Shown here: piece by piece, positions 63,590-64,000 of the stretch
How the letters are laid out: every line of letters begins with the position of its first letter
Numbering within the stretch: the first letter of the stretch is position 1
DNA from: Myxococcota bacterium
GTDB lineage: Bacteria > Myxococcota > XYA12-FULL-58-9 > JALHOP01
Direction of reading: 5' to 3'
Assembly (NCBI GenBank): GCA_041288095.1
Contig: JBGGMJ010000212.1
Span: 10,415 to 74,414 of the forward strand
DNA length: 64,000 nucleotides
Notes under the pieces: model-generated
Seen by the model: the letters and a program-made list of their open reading frames with translations, nothing else
The model's database searches: none
What the model was told of the DNA's origin: nothing
Position numbers and translations under genes: made by a program

Positions 63590-64000
63590 ATGGTGGACAA
63601 GGCCGAGATCAAAAAGCGCATTCTCGAAGCGCTTGACGCCACGCGAGCAGCGCTCATGGACGCCCAAAAGTCGTCCCAGGAAGCGGCGACCCACGAGGAA
63701 TCACGCGCCGAGAGCGACAAAGACATGCGCTCGACCGAGATGTCGTACATCGCGCGCGGTCAAGCCATGCGGGTACAGGCCATCGAAGCCGAGCGCGCCC
63801 GGGTCGCGGCGATGCCGATCATCGCGTTCACGGGTGACGCCGCCGTCGCCGCTTCGGCGCTGGTACGCATTACCGATGCCCATGGTGAACGCCGCGTCTT
63901 CATCGCGCCCGGCGGTGGTGGACAGCGCATCACCTTCGGAGCCGAGACCATCGACATCGTCACCCCCTCCTCGCCGCTGGGCGAAGCGCTCGTCGGCGCC
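63590..64000 (+). CDS. GreA/GreB-family elongation-factor-like protein, 3'-truncated
   Basis: Translated by hand (absent from the ORF track): AATHEESRAESDKDMRSTEMSYIARGQAMR...FIAPGGGG...VTPSSPLGEALVG. Confidence 0.85.
   Translation, partial: MVDKAEIKKRILEALDATRAALMDAQKSSQEAATHEESRAESDKDMRSTEMSYIARGQAMRVQAIEAERARVAAMPIIAFTGDAAVAASALVRITDAHGERRVFIAPGGGGQRITFGAETIDIVTPSSPLGEALVGA

Noticed and set aside
1..64000. Many long overlapping ORFs in the six-frame track (e.g. 8663..10009+, 21656..23359+, 34696..36450-, 32215..33528-, 60805..62091-)
   Set aside because: Antisense or off-frame shadows of real genes, expected at high GC; they carry no recognisable motifs.
1..64000. CRISPR arrays, tRNA/rRNA, transposases, integrases, phage genes
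   Set aside because: No regularly spaced direct repeats, RNA gene signatures or mobile-element protein motifs seen by eye.
1..64000. GCCGATGA occurrences inside genes
   Set aside because: The reverse complement TCATCGGC is common coding sequence (xxC-ATC-GGC, Ile-Gly); only hits upstream of and co-oriented with a start codon were counted.

Overview
High-GC, gene-dense bacterial window. Its content suggests a Myxococcota-like deltaproteobacterium (inference): Ser/Thr kinases with PEGA domains, an FHA-sigma54 activator, a DUF1592/DUF1501-type operon, and giant Cys-rich lipoproteins with FG-GAP or kelch-like repeats. About 50 CDS can be supported. I found no rRNA, tRNA, CRISPR array or mobile element. 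The most striking signal is a recurring sigma28/FliA-like promoter motif, GC(A/G)AC-N14-15-GCCGAT(A/G)A. It occurs, with variants, at 12 sites directly upstream of one class of genes. These encode enzymes that are normally exported (M13 and M64 peptidases, PQQ sugar dehydrogenases, PLD, tyrosinase) or orphan proteins. They lack Sec/Tat/lipoprotein signals and most begin with long Pro/Ser/Thr/Ala-rich tails. This looks like a dispersed, co-regulated set of candidate substrates for a non-Sec (type III/flagellar-like) export route; no export apparatus or sigma factor is encoded in the window. Within the set is a tandemly duplicated two-gene unit (beta-propeller + PQQ sugar dehydrogenase) whose second copy carries a tyrosinase-GSDH fusion. 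All family calls come from motif recognition, not database searches.
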